NCBI GenBank assembly: GCA_951406725.2
Contig: OX597815.1
Location: 91,822,001-91,886,000, forward strand
Direction of reading: 5' to 3'
DNA: 64,000 bases
Source of the DNA: Octopus vulgaris
Taxonomy: Eukaryota
The translations under genes were made by a program, and so were the position numbers. The number at the start of each line of letters is the position of its first letter. The stretch's first letter is position 1. This document shows positions 39,401 through 51,799 of the stretch, piece after piece. The notes under the pieces were generated by a model. The model was not told the origin of the DNA, made no database searches, and was given only the letters and a program-made list of their open reading frames with translations.

Positions 39401-39862
39401 GTATATATATGTTTATATGTAGGGAAATATGTGTGGGTGTACATATCAACACACCTACTATTGAAAAACAAACCCTCTCAAACCCTCTTTTTCCTTCTCT
39501 CTTTCCATTTCTTACAAGGGTCATCCAAAAAATACAAAAAAGACCCAAAAAAGAAAAAAATACAGTTTTAAAACACCCCCCCATATTCTCTCTCTTTCAC
39601 CTTCTCCATCCCTCTATCTCCCTATCATTCCCTCTTTCTCTCTTTCACCTTCTCCCTCCCTCTATTCTACATTATACACACACACACACTCTCTCTCTCC
39701 CCATTTCATTTACCAATAATATAAATACAGGCAAAAATTTTTAAACTGACATTTCTGAGGAAACTACAGGAGTAGTTGAAAGCGCTAATATGAAGTAATA
39801 ATATATGATATATAAATATATATTTTTACAACCATCCAGCATTCTGAACATCTTTTTCCCTT
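36471..39862 (+). mobile_element. PLE copy 3, inverted relative to copy 2 (head-to-head); disrupted RT/GIY-YIG ORF 36472-38752
   Basis: Track ORFs 36574-37461, 37310-37567, 37712-38059 and 38204-38653 carry the same motifs; 3' UTR homologous to copies 1 and 2. Confidence 0.95.
39750..39792 (+). ncRNA. Minimal type I hammerhead ribozyme, sense to PLE copy 3
   Basis: cattt-CTGAGGA-aactac-agga-gtagtt-GAAA-gcgc-TA-atatg. Confidence 0.85.
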
Positions 39863-39869
39863 CATACAT

Positions 39870-39926
<57 letters not shown>

Positions 39927-39929
<3 letters not shown>

Positions 39930-40275
39930 TAGCAGTATCGTCTGGCATTGCTCGGTTTTGACCCTTTAGAATTGGAATTTTTGAAAATTAAAAATTTTGC
40001 ATTATGTAGCTTGTTATTCTCTTTAAGTGAACATTTTACTGGTTTAAATACACCGAAAAATGGTAACACAGCAGTCAAATTATCATAAAAAATACAGATT
40101 TCCATAGAAAAAAAGCACCTTTTTATGTAAATAATTTTTGGTCCTAACATGCTTCGATTTGAATTTTTTCTTCTACAGAATGAAGAGCAAGCTTTCTTCT
40201 ATCATACTTTCAATTTTGGTCAACTTGCGCCACAGGGTCTTGGAGGAGATAGTGTTAGTTAAAGGCTATCAAACC
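39927..40275 (+). mobile_element. Non-autonomous Helitron-like element, left part (continues at 45611-45660)
   Basis: Starts attagcagtatcgtctggcattgctcgg beside (TA)n. After the Tx1 insertion it ends cacacagacaacttcagttttatatata, an end structure typical of microsatellite-associated non-autonomous Helitrons. A similar end lies at ~45900-45950. Confidence 0.5.
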
Positions 40276-40504
40276 ATGATTTTTTATTATCCATAAGGAC
40301 ATACATAGAATGGACGATACAATCACGGATGATTTTATATATAAAGCGTAATTTGGGGTCGATAAAAATTTAACATGATTTTATATAAAACGAATGAATA
40401 AACAACACAATGGACTTTTTTTTAAACAATTAGAGTGGGGCGGGTTTACGGACCCCCACAAACCCCGCCTCTCACTGACCTCGGGTTTTGGGTTTATCTT
40501 GCAC

Positions 40505-43500
40505 CTACGAGAGACCTTTTATACACGACATTCTTTCATCAAACACTTTCTTACTCAGGCACCTCCTCTCCAGCCCTATTTGTCTCTTTAGGTGGAATAT
40601 AAAAAATTCCACTAAACCAGGACCATAAATGAAGTGTCCTGATATCAACCCTCTCATCCTTGTCTTCCATACTACCTGTTTCGCGACTGCTACCACAGAG
40701 AGAAAACAATTCTTACCTTCTTTCGTTAAGAAATCCGGCGGGTCAATTTTCACAATGGATTCAGTCGATAGCTGTGCTCTTCCTCCACCTGACAATAGTT
40801 GTTGCACAATCGGACACTGCACAATCGCGTGCGAGACGGTTTCCCTGTCTCGCCCACATCTTGGACAGATCGGGATGTCGTGGCCACCATGCCTTGAGAG
40901 TTTATCCCGAACAGGTAAGGCACCTCGGTAACACTGCCATGCCAAGGACTTCTGAAAATTATCCAGAGTCCTCGGCTCGAATGTACGTTGGAACAGTCTG
41001 GCCAGCTGATTATCGTCGAAACTTAGGGTCTCCCCTAATGTATCATCGCCACCGGCCTCTACAAACCCTCTATAGAAAACAGCGGTAGAACCACTGCCGC
41101 AGGCATTGCCCAACCACGTGCCCAACTTCGATCTACGATTATACCAAGCTTCCCGACCACCGAAACTGGTGAACCTGGGAAACATCTGTTTCGCCATTGG
41201 AGACCACACCCGTTCACCATCCAGGTAGAGCCACATATCACTTAACCTCAGCGCATTTCTGCGCATCATTAGCCACGGCATCCCTAGTCCACCCTTTAAC
41301 GGTCGTTGACAACAAACAGAGCGTTTCACAAGCGGTTTCGAGCTCTTCCACAAGAAGCGGAAGAGCTGTCTTTCCAGCTTGGTTAACCACGAATCCGGAC
41401 AAGGCACGACGGCAAGGCGGTAGGGGATCACCGATGCGATAAACACATTGGCTACCTCCGCCCTACCTTTCAGGGATAACCACCTCCAAGACCAGGTCTT
41501 GACTGCGTGGGTCACCCTGCTCATTACCTCGTTCCAGTTCTTCTCTATTTGGAGGTCTGGTCCGAACCAAACCCCGAGCAACTTAATCGGACCCTCCGTC
41601 CAACGTCCCACGACGCTGTCTGGAGGCATCGACTTACCTCTCCAGGTGCCGAGTTGCAAGCCGACAGACTTTTCGCGATTAACTTTTGCTCCTACCACCG
41701 TCTCGTAAGCCTCTATGGCCTAGCCTACTTTACGTAGGAGGTCCACTTCGGTCACGATGATAGTGATGTCATCCGCGTAAGCTGAAACCGACATTCCACA
41801 ACCTGGTTGTCTCGGGATGCCGCCCAGTTTTCGTAGCAATGGCTCAAGAGCCACTACATACAAAAGCGGGGAGAGCGGACACCCTTGACAAACCGAGCAT
41901 TTGACACAGAACGGCTTAGACAGAAAGCCGTTCACCCGAACTACCGAGTCGACGTTGTCATACATTTCAATGATCCACCTGAGGAAGCCAAGACCTAGTC
42001 CAAACTGTGCCAGAACGGACACCAGGTAATGATGGTCGACCCTATCAAAAGCTTTCGATTGGTCTAAATGGACCACTGCCCCTCTCTTGCCGGAATCGTT
42101 ATTCATTCCCTCTATGGTGTATCTAATCAGATGGAGATTATCCTGAATAGACCTGCCGGGTACGGCACATGTTTGTGCCTCCCCGATTAGTCCATCCGCG
42201 ACACGCGCCAATCTTTTCGATAACACTTTGGCCAAAATCTTCAGCTCTGCGTTTAGCAGAGTGATGGGCCTAAAATTATCAATGACGTCCCCCTTGTCCG
42301 GGTCCTTCCTGACTAGTGTCACTACTCCCCGGCGCACAGATCTGGGAATAAACCCATTCTGCTGCCAGTTCGCGTAAACGTTCGCCAGTAAGTCCCCTAA
42401 CAAGTCCGGCATACTTTTATATAGCTCGTAGGGTAGACCATCCTGTCCCGGCACCCTACCCGCGCCGCAGTCAGCCATGGCCTCTATTACTTCCCCAGGC
42501 GTGATCGGCTCCTCACTACACTTCGCTTCCCGCTCCGAGAGGCGCGGCAGCCCGTCGAGGAAGCCCGTTAGGTCCCTCCTCCTATCCGGTCCGCCGCTCC
42601 CCAAAAAGAGCTGGGCGAAGTGGTCCTGAAAAGCTTCACACATCTCCTCGGGCTCGTCTATCAACTTACCTTGTTGGTTCGTCGAAGATCGAATTGTAGC
42701 ATCGTTGCCACGTTGGGCTTCCACCACTCGGGCCCATCCCGCGGCATTAATTCCTTCGCTCCCCATTGCACGTTGTCTAGCCCTGACAATGCAACCCATG
42801 TGTTTGGCTTCGAGGTGCTCGTTTAAAACCAGTCTCTTGGCCTTCACCTGAGCTGCAGTGCCAGTTCGCATTGCTTCCTCTAAGTCCTTAACTAATGCTG
42901 ATTCCCTTCTAGCCTCTCTGGCTACTAGACCTATACTACATCTAATAGACTCATATCTGATGGCTCGCTTGTTAATAATGGATCCTGTCAATACCCTCTG
43001 TATCAGTAACTTAATCCGGTCTCTGTATTCCTTAATCGCCAAAAGGGACGTATCAAGTTTCCCATAGCCGGGACCTCTATATAACTTATCTATGTCGAGC
43101 TTACAGGTGACCATCTTGTGGTCACTGTAGCTGACCATGTGAAGCTGCAGACGCTTAGCTATTTTTGTATCTACTTTTCTAATTAATATTCTATCTATGT
43201 ACGATCTGGAAGATCCGTCGCTGTTTGACCATGTCCACAATGGAGCATTCGGATGTTCCAGTCTATATGGATCTACCAGCTCGAAACGTCTTAGTAGATC
43301 CTGGAAGCAAGCATTTCCTTTCCTATCAGGTCGCGAGCCAACACAGTCTACCCGCACATCGTAAATTGTGTTGAAGTCTCCTAGTATAGCTAAAGGATGC
43401 GATGTACTAAGAAACTTTTCCAGGTTCCGAAAATATTCACTTTGCCCCGCTGTTATTTGGGGTGCGTAAATCGCAACCAGTCTGATTGTCTTACAACTGC

Positions 43501-43804
43501 TGAACGTCAAGTCAACGACGACCAGTCTACCTTCTGGATCTGAAAAAATCAACTTTTTCTCAGAAACCCGGTTCTTTTTCCATAGGACCAACTACCCACT
43601 TCCGCTGGACGGACGGTCCGGAGAGATAATTCTCTCGTAACCGTCGAACAGCGGGAGCAGATCTCTTGGTCCCTTTAACCAGGCTTCTGTGGCAACAACA
43701 ACATCTAAATCCCGTGACCTGATATCATTTAGGAAGCGCCCTTGCTTCCAGTTCGACATCAAGCCACGCACATTTATGCACCCTACATGAATGCGAGACA
43801 TCAC
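40505..43804 (-). pseudogene. Tx1-type ORF2 (APE endonuclease, RT, C-terminal Cys motif) with in-frame stops
   Basis: INVRGL, IYAP, GDFN, YIDRI, SDH; FRPITLLNAELKILAK, LDQSKAFDRVDH, QGCPLSPLLY, AYADD; CPRCGRDRETVSHAIVQC. Confidence 0.95.
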
Positions 43805-43809
43805 CTACC

Positions 43810-45352
43810 TTAAACGGTCGTCTTTGTTTTTCCGGCTGTTCGTGGGGTGAAATTCTGACTTAAATCCTCGAACAACGACTCATGTAAGTCGTGTCGAGGA
43901 CCGTAGATGTCTGCTTTATATTTTGAGCGAATGATATTTAAATTTAACATATCAATTTTATATATGTCTACATGTTTGGGTAATACCCGGTGTGTTTGTA
44001 TCTGTATTGCTGATGGCATGCTATTAATGTCTTTTAATAAACTGTCATTTTCTTTATTGATGGCTATGTACACCATGTTAAGAGTCACATTTTCCTGGGC
44101 TTTGTGGAGGTGATGGGGTGGACGGTGGGGTGGAGTCTGGGAGGGGAGGAAATTGTTCAGCACTGAGGGGTGGATTGGTTGTCCAGTTCGACATTACTTT
44201 TTTCCTTTTTGTGGGGAACCGTGGTGGGGTAGGGTAATTTTTTCCTGTGTGTTTGCTGTGTTGGTATTTTTTTTTCTTGTTTGTGCTTGGGGTGGATGGG
44301 GTTAAATCTTCATTCATCCTTTTCGGAGTCTTTCTCTGTCTCACCAGAGTGAAATCGTTTTCTTCTTCGGCGTTCTTTTGTTTTTTCTCTTCCGTCTCCT
44401 TTCGCCTCTTCTCCTCCGCTTCCATCTTCCTTTTTTCTTCCTCCTCTTTTTTGCGGGTGGGGCAGTCCACTCGAATGTGGCCCTTTTCTCCACACTGAAG
44501 AATGTTCGCCCCTCTACCACCACCCGCAAAATGATTTCTTTACTAAAGTTGATATTCTCAACAATTTCTTCCAGTGTTTCTGGGGCCGCCTGGATAGTAA
44601 CTTGAAGGCTCTGGCCTCGCCAGTTTTGTTTCAGAACCTTTGTCACTTCTACATTTATTTTTTCTTCCAGCCCCATCAGTAAGGCTGGAAGCAACCATGC
44701 CACTTCGATTTCCGGCGGGATTTCTTCAATTTTCAGTTTGGCGGTCCTCCTCCCTAAGTACGTTGGTAACAAAATGATTTCATTTGCTTTTATGTGCTTT
44801 AGAGAGTGGATTTTTGCCTTGCATTCGTTTTTGAAATATACTACTATTGTGGCATATTTCTTCCCTCTTGTTACGTATTCAATGTCTTCCCAAATCGGCT
44901 GCAGGCACTTCTCCGGCTGCTCATTCGTTACTTTCTCTATTTTTTTGTCCTTTATCACAAAGGACTAATACACAATAATTCTCTTTTGTGTTTTTTTTTC
45001 TGATTTCGTGTGGGAGGGTGGCCTTTACGTCGGTCCCCTCCCTCGAGTAAATGTCTTTGAATTTCATGTACTCATTTTTTTCCATTTTTATGACTTCTGT
45101 TTTTGAGCCAGCCGCAGCTGCGAAGTTGAATGCTTTGGTTTCTTTTGAAGACGAATCTTCGTGACTTGCTTGTTTAGCTGAATTGGTTGCTTGTTTTGGT
45201 AAATTTTCTTTGGTTTGCTTCAACAAAATTTTTCCGTTTTTTGATCCAGAAGGCGAACCTTCAATGGATTCAAAGGAAGGCGAACCTTCAATGGCTTCAA
45301 ATGAAGGCGAACCTTCAACAGATGAAACTGACAGTGTTTCCACTGCATACAT
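43810..45352 (-). pseudogene. Tx1-type ORF1 (gag-like, zinc knuckle), frameshifted
   Basis: Knuckle remnant QCGEKGHIRVDCP at ~44460-44500 followed by a K/E-rich segment; three 27-bp repeats (EGSPSFE) at ~45250-45320. Confidence 0.8.
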
Positions 45353-45941
45353 TTATTTTGAAGAAGACAACATGTCTTCCTTGTTCATTTTTTTTCCAGA
45401 GTTATAATATTTTTGTGTATATGTATGCGACAAAATGTAACACTTTTCCCTTCCTTACGGAGGGGAACAACAGTATTTTTGTCTGTTATGAAACAGACGC
45501 ACAAAGTTCAACAGCAACAATAAAATTCAACAATTTTCAATAATATTCAACGCTAAACAATTACTCACAACAACACTCCACTTCGAGAATAACAGTCAAC
45601 CATGTGACGAGAAGGTTACCAAACCTGCCACACACAGACAACTTCAGTTTTATATATATATTTATATATATTTTTTTTTCATGCAATTTACGCATGCTTG
45701 CACGCGTGGTGAACACAGTTCACGTCAGACAGCTGACTGAGTAAAGTTCACTAGTCAATGCATGGGATAAGGCCTAAACAAACACATTATCGATTTTTGC
45801 ACTTGCGAGATGAATTTCGGAACAGAAATAGCGCAGTTCAATTTTCATTCGCCTAAACTTTAAGTGACCCATTTTTGGTGGTTCTACGATTTGTTGGCTA
45901 GGAGGAGATGTGCCGGGAAGTTAGACACACAAGTTGAGTTT

Positions 45942-45975
<34 letters not shown>

Positions 45976-46596
45976 TATATATAAACACACACTCATACAT
46001 ATAAACACACATATATGTATATATACGAAATCACTCACTCCATTTGACCCATGACATTGCTATGCCATTGGAAGTTTAGTTACACAAAGTAAATTACATG
46101 GAAGATGTGTCTCTTTCTCCCTCTCTCTACATAAAATTGAAATGTATTAGTTTACCTGATTAAAATTTCGGTACGAATACTTGCTAAAGGGAAGTGAAAA
46201 CATTGGATACCATTTGAAAACTAGTGATTTTTAAGAGGTATGTTTTAATATAATACTTTGTTTCACACACGAACACTAACATGGTTTTTATAAGGATTTT
46301 GAATCATTCTTTCTCTAGAGTGGTTTTTATAAGGATTTTGTATCATTCTTTCTCTCTCCTGTCCAGACATCATCACCACTAATTTTTATAGAGATGCACT
46401 TGTAAAAATTTAATGAAATTTTAAAGAAAGAAACAGCCCCCATTTTCCGGATAAAAAAGTGTTTTGTGGCATATTAGGTCACCGTAATTCATTCATTGGA
46501 AAAATGAAAAACATTTTCCAATAATTCCAGTTTCCTCTCCCCTCACTTATTTCCGAAGGAAAATGAGGGGTTTGTGGCACATTAGGCATCCGTAAT

Positions 46597-46985
46597 GGAA
46601 TGGAAGCACTCCGTCGGTTACGACGACGAGGGTTCCGGTTGATCCGGATCAACGGAACAGCCTGCTCGTGAAATTAACGTGTAAGTGGCTGAGCACTCCA
46701 CAGACACGTGTACCCTTAGCGTACTTCTCGGGGATATTCAGCGTGACACAGAGAGTGACAAGGCCGGCCCTTTGAAATACAGGTACAACAGAAACAGGAA
46801 GTAAGGGTGAGAGAAAGTTGTGGTGAAAGAGTACAGCAGGGATCACCACTATCCCTGCCGGAGCCTCGTGGAGCTTTAGGTGTTTTCGCTCAATAAACAC
46901 TCACAACGCCCGATCTGGGAATCGAAATCGCGATCCTATGACCGCGAGTCCGCTGCCCTAACCACTGGGCCATTGCGCCTCCACA
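46597..46985 (-). mobile_element. Full-length young tRNA-derived SINE with 11-bp TSD (resembles octopus OR-type SINEs)
   Basis: Head ggaggcgcaatggcccagtggttagggcagcggactcgcgg...ttcgattccc; TSD gcatccgtaat at 46586-46596 and 46986-46996; CpGs retained. Confidence 0.92.
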
Positions 46986-47019
46986 GCATCCGTAATACAT
47001 GCTGTTGAAAAGGTATTTA

Positions 47020-47770
47020 TATACAATTTCATTAAAAGATACCCATTTTCCTCAAAGTTATGAGAGAAAAACTCGGATCTTGTGAATTTTCCGAAGTCCT
47101 TTCTCTATCCCGTTGCTTTCTGCACATTTTTGTTTTCAGATTCATTTCCTACGTGGGTGTGAAGTAGAAAGATATCCATTTTCATCAAAGTTACGAGGGA
47201 AAATCATTGGATCTTTGTGAATTTTCTGAAGTCCTCTCTCCGCCCCCTCGGAAAAGATTTTTCCCAAAATTTCTTTATAATCGTAATGTATACCGTTTGA
47301 AAGGCATTTATATAAAATTTCATTTAAAAAACCCATTTTCCTAAAAGTTATGACGGAAAAACATCAGATCTTGTGAATTTTCTGAAGGCCTCTCCCCACA
47401 CCTTGTTGCTTTCCGGGCATTTTTGTTTTCATATTCGTTTCCTACACCTTTTTTTTACACCCGTTGTACTATTTTTTTTTTTGATTTCGTTTCCAGGTTA
47501 TAATGTCGACATTAACCAAAATCAGCATTTCATGCTGATTTTTTTTTTTTTTTTTTTTTCAGATTCAGAATATCCATAGTCGAAAAAGTGGGGTTCTGTG
47601 GAAAAAATAAAAAACAAAAAAAAAACGAAAGTGGGTGTGGTCCATGTCCCCTCCTTCTGCCAGGATGTTTACATTTTCGAATACTCAGGGAGAAAGGAAA
47701 GGATAGGTATTCACAGAAGTTGTAGATATTAAAGTTTTTAAAGGTGATCGTTTGTGTGTTTGAAAACTGT
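47020..47770 (+). repeat. Right arm of the long inverted repeat, with internal subrepeats (ccattttcctcaaagtta..., gatcttgtgaattttc.gaag), plus the direct-repeat motif
   Basis: Reverse-complement similarity to 31140-31470; direct similarity to 22966-23196 and 30931-31115. Confidence 0.85.
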
Positions 47771-48584
47771 AGATATGTAAGTTTCTTAACTTATTTTGAG
47801 GGAAATTTAAAATACTCACAGGAAATTGTAGATATTCCAGTCTTTGAGAGTTATTTTTCAGTTGTCCTGCTGGGTTGTATTAGTGTTTCTATGTCTTCAG
47901 CTGCTGACTATTATTATCATTTTTTTTTTATTATTGTTGATGTTGTTATTATTATTATTATTATATAGGGCCTTAAGTTGGCGAGCTGGCAGAATCATTA
48001 GCAAGCCAGGCAAACTGCTTAGCAGCATTTCATCCATCTTTATGTTCTGAGTTCAAATTCTGCAAAGGTTGACTTTGACTTTTGTCCTTTAGGGGGTCAA
48101 GGAAATAAATAGCCGTCAAATACTGGAGTTGTTGTACCCCACTCCCCCACAATTTCAGGCCTTGTGCCTATAGTAGAAAAGATTATATAAGGCCTTTCTT
48201 CTCCACATATATGTGCAGACTGGGCAAGATTTTTTGAGAAAAACTAGCAGTTACCAATGCATGCAAGCCTCCCCTCTGCATACCACTCGTGTTTATCCAA
48301 GTGAAAGGCCACCAATTTCAACCAATACAGTTTGGCACCAGTCTCAGGGCAGGTATTGCTGTCAGAATGCTCAGAGCTGAAACAGATACTACAAAACATT
48401 TCACCCAGGCCTCTTGTAGTTCCATCAATCCATTGCTCTAGATTGGTAATTTTTTTACTAAACCTGAAAGAATGAATGGTAAAGCTTGAAATTATTTGAA
48501 CTCAGAACATAAAGAGTTGGAACAAATGCCACAAGGCATTTTATCCAACATTCTAACAACTCTGTCAGTTCACCACCTTTTATT

Positions 48585-48676
48585 TATTGATTAGTCAAAA
48601 GTGACTATGACCTTCATTAATTAGTCTGAAGTGACTATGATCTTTATTAATTAATCAGAAGTGATTATGATCTTTA
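48585..48676. repeat. 30-bp minisatellite, three copies
   Basis: attaattagtctgaagtgactatgatcttt-like unit. Confidence 0.8.
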
Positions 48677-49996
48677 ACAATTTCCCAGTTGTTGTTCAGT
48701 TTGAACATGTATAGATATTCAGCAGTAAGGAAGTCTCAATATGCATGAAATAACAGCCAAATCTCCCTCAAATTTCAATCTGTATTCTAATTAGAGGAAG
48801 CTATGGTAATCCTACTATGGATTTTAATTGAGCTTTGTAGAGGGTCGTCAACTAATCACATCTGAAGTATTTCCTATCCCACAAAGTTGCAAATTTTACA
48901 GAAACACTTGCTCAAGAAATGAGAAAACAATGTTAATTATTGACTAGTAAAGATGAATAATAGGTAGTTGTAAAAAACACTGAAAAAAAGCAATATTAGT
49001 CAACACTTAATATTGTTTCTTTTCTTCTATGATATTTTAATACTCCATTCCTTAAATATGCTGACAATCAGATATCCAGAAAATCTATTTATCTTAAACT
49101 GTAACTGTCAAGATTTGAGTCAAGGTCAAAGTAGAAAATTTACTGTAAATTCATACTGACAAATTATTTAGAGTTAAGTGACATTCCATATTATTAGCCT
49201 TTCATCAATATCAGTGAAGAAATCTAGATGATCTATCAGAATAGATGGCATTACCTTTTCTATTTCTTGAATTCTGTCTTCTCTTTTCACCATCATCATC
49301 ATAATCATCAATATTTTATTATCCACTCTTCAATGAAGGGTTCGTTACTGCATAACTCCATTACTCACAGTTCTGGTAATTTAATTTCTGGACAGTCCAA
49401 TATCTTCACATCTGAACTCATCACTGTTTTCCATATATCTTTCTTGATCATCTTCCTCTATGACAAATTCCTTCTCACTGTCACAGCTTACAATACTTTG
49501 TCACTTAGCACGAGTTATCAATTTAGATTGTCCATAACCAGTGCCACTGTTTCTTCTATACACACTAAACTGATACCTTTAACATCTAACTCACTTTTAT
49601 TCTACTTTTCATAAATGTTACACTCTCAACAGTTCATATTCGACTCATTTCTTTACAGCCTCTTCCTAATATTCTACATTCAACAACGTATTTCATTACT
49701 ATGCAGCAATAATGCACTTCTCACACACACACATACACACATTTCACACTGTCTACCTTTGCATTGTTGCCTGATATCTTTTTACTTATTGACCTTTCTT
49801 CACCATATTGAGTTTCACTTAGAGCCTATAATATCAATAATATAGATTTTAAGCACTTTGAAATCAAGATTTGTTTTTTTTATTTTTGTGGCTAGGCATT
49901 CATTCTCTGTGGTTAAGAATCAGAAAATCTGTATACAGATGTTTAAAATAGTGCGGACATTGTACAAGGAGAGTTCTGCTCCTCTCTCCCTCTTAT

Positions 49997-50079
<83 letters not shown>

Positions 50080-51707
50080 CTCTTTCTCTCTGTCTCTCTC
50101 ACCCAAAAATCAAAATATTAGTAGTACAATAGAGAATGTACTGTCTAAAAGTCTATTGTATCAACTGCAGATTATCATGTCTTCTTCCCAGTGCCACCAA
50201 TCATTTCTGGCACACTTTAGTATTTTATTTTAACTCAATTTTGAACCATTATATCAAATAATAAGCTATTGTTTCTTTTAAATCTAGGTCAGCTCTGATC
50301 AAGGAGACTTGTGATCTAAAGTATTCATTCTCAAAAACTACATTATCTAATATCTTTGTGTTTTTTACAGATGGTAGGGTGCTAGATGTCAGAGGTTTCC
50401 TTGTTGTTTCTAGAAGAGTAACTGAGTAAAGGCTCCTTCATTGGTTTGCAGACAACATAGAAGCTCCCTGATTGACTCTAATTAATGAAATGTTTGTTTG
50501 TTTGATGCCCTGTAACTGTCATCCATATGATGGGTGATTAAAATTCACCACATGGTAAATCTAGTTTAAAGCAATGAATTATCTTGCTTATTGTTTTTAG
50601 ATTTTAAACACTCTTAGAGGGACAAGCACATTTAATCAAAGTTTACAGCTCAGTATTATTACATATATGAGACCCTAACATATTTGTATTTAGCATGTAG
50701 AATGTTCCCTTAATGTATTTTCCCCTTGGTCATATAACAGAATATTGCATGTGAGTAATCAAAGGCAGCTCTATTCAAAATCAGAACCCTGCTTTAATTG
50801 TAAGTCTACTTCCTCTAAAAACTATTTTCAAGTCTTGCTGCCATATGAAGCAAATTCTTCACAGAGAGTATATATGCAGTTATAGGTCCTGCTAGAAACA
50901 GCAGCCAATTCTCCCTCAAAGCATACCCTAGCATCTTGGAGGCACCTGCTAGATATAGTCACAGATATCCTTAAAAAACAGAATGGTCACAGCTGGTCAC
51001 AGGTCTGTTCAAACAAGTTGACCTGTGGCTAAGCAATGATCACTATACTAGTCCACTACATTGTTGTTCTCAAATTTATTGTTCTTCACAAGCTTTTCAT
51101 CATTACAAATGAAGGTCTTAGAAAAAAAAAGGTTAACTTCAGTGGTTGGAGTTACATAAAACAACTCTAAACCAAAAGGAAAGGCTAGACATTAGTCAAA
51201 TAATTTGAAGTGAGCTCAAAATAACCAGAATAATATTCCTCCAGTATTTACCTATAATTTCTTACTGACTCCATTCATAAATTCGAAGAAAGGCTTTCCT
51301 AGATAGTAGTAGAATCTTATATTGTCTTTGTTATTGGCACACAAGCACTTTCTGTCATGCTCACCTTCAAATTTTTGGACTATGTCATTTTTCTAGGTTT
51401 GAAACTTTTTCTGCAAATCTTCAAGATTCTACTATGAGAACATCCTCATCAACATACAAAATTTTCAGGTTTATTTGTCAGAACTTATTTGCTGGAACTT
51501 TTGTGGTGTAACTACAACTACAATTAATGTGAAGGATGCTGATACAAAAACCTGGCAGATACAAACTTTTATTCTAAATTCTTCATTAAACTCACTTCCA
51601 ACCTAACCCTATTTATATTACCCTTGTACAGAACTTACATAGTTCTTACAAACTTTATTTACATTATTTACATTTGACAGATATTTGTCCTCATCTTGTT
51701 TGTTGTT

Positions 51708-51753
51708 AACACAACGTTTTGGCTGATATACCCTCCAGCCTTCATCAGGTGTC
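51708..51753 (-). ncRNA. Hammerhead ribozyme remnant of another PLE pLTR (G12->A)
   Basis: Minus strand: gacac-CTGATGA-a-ggctg-gagggtatat-cagcc-aAAAC-GTT-gtgtt; palindromic aacgtt. Confidence 0.7.
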
Positions 51754-51799
51754 AACAATACTATGTATGTATGTATGCATGTGTGTGTGTGTGTCATTA

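Larger units (their letters stand above)
40276..45610 (-). mobile_element. Full-length Tx1/L1-clade non-LTR retrotransposon with degenerate ~15-bp TSD
   Basis: ORF1 + ORF2 with 5' and 3' UTRs; flanks aaaggctatcaaacc (40261-40275) and gaaggttaccaaacc (45611-45625). Confidence 0.9.

Noticed and set aside
46915-46985. tRNA-like sequence
   Set aside because: It is the head of a SINE with body, tail and TSD, not a stand-alone tRNA gene.
49450-49830. Possible further RTE fossil on the minus strand
   Set aside because: Only faint motif traces; too degraded to support by eye.
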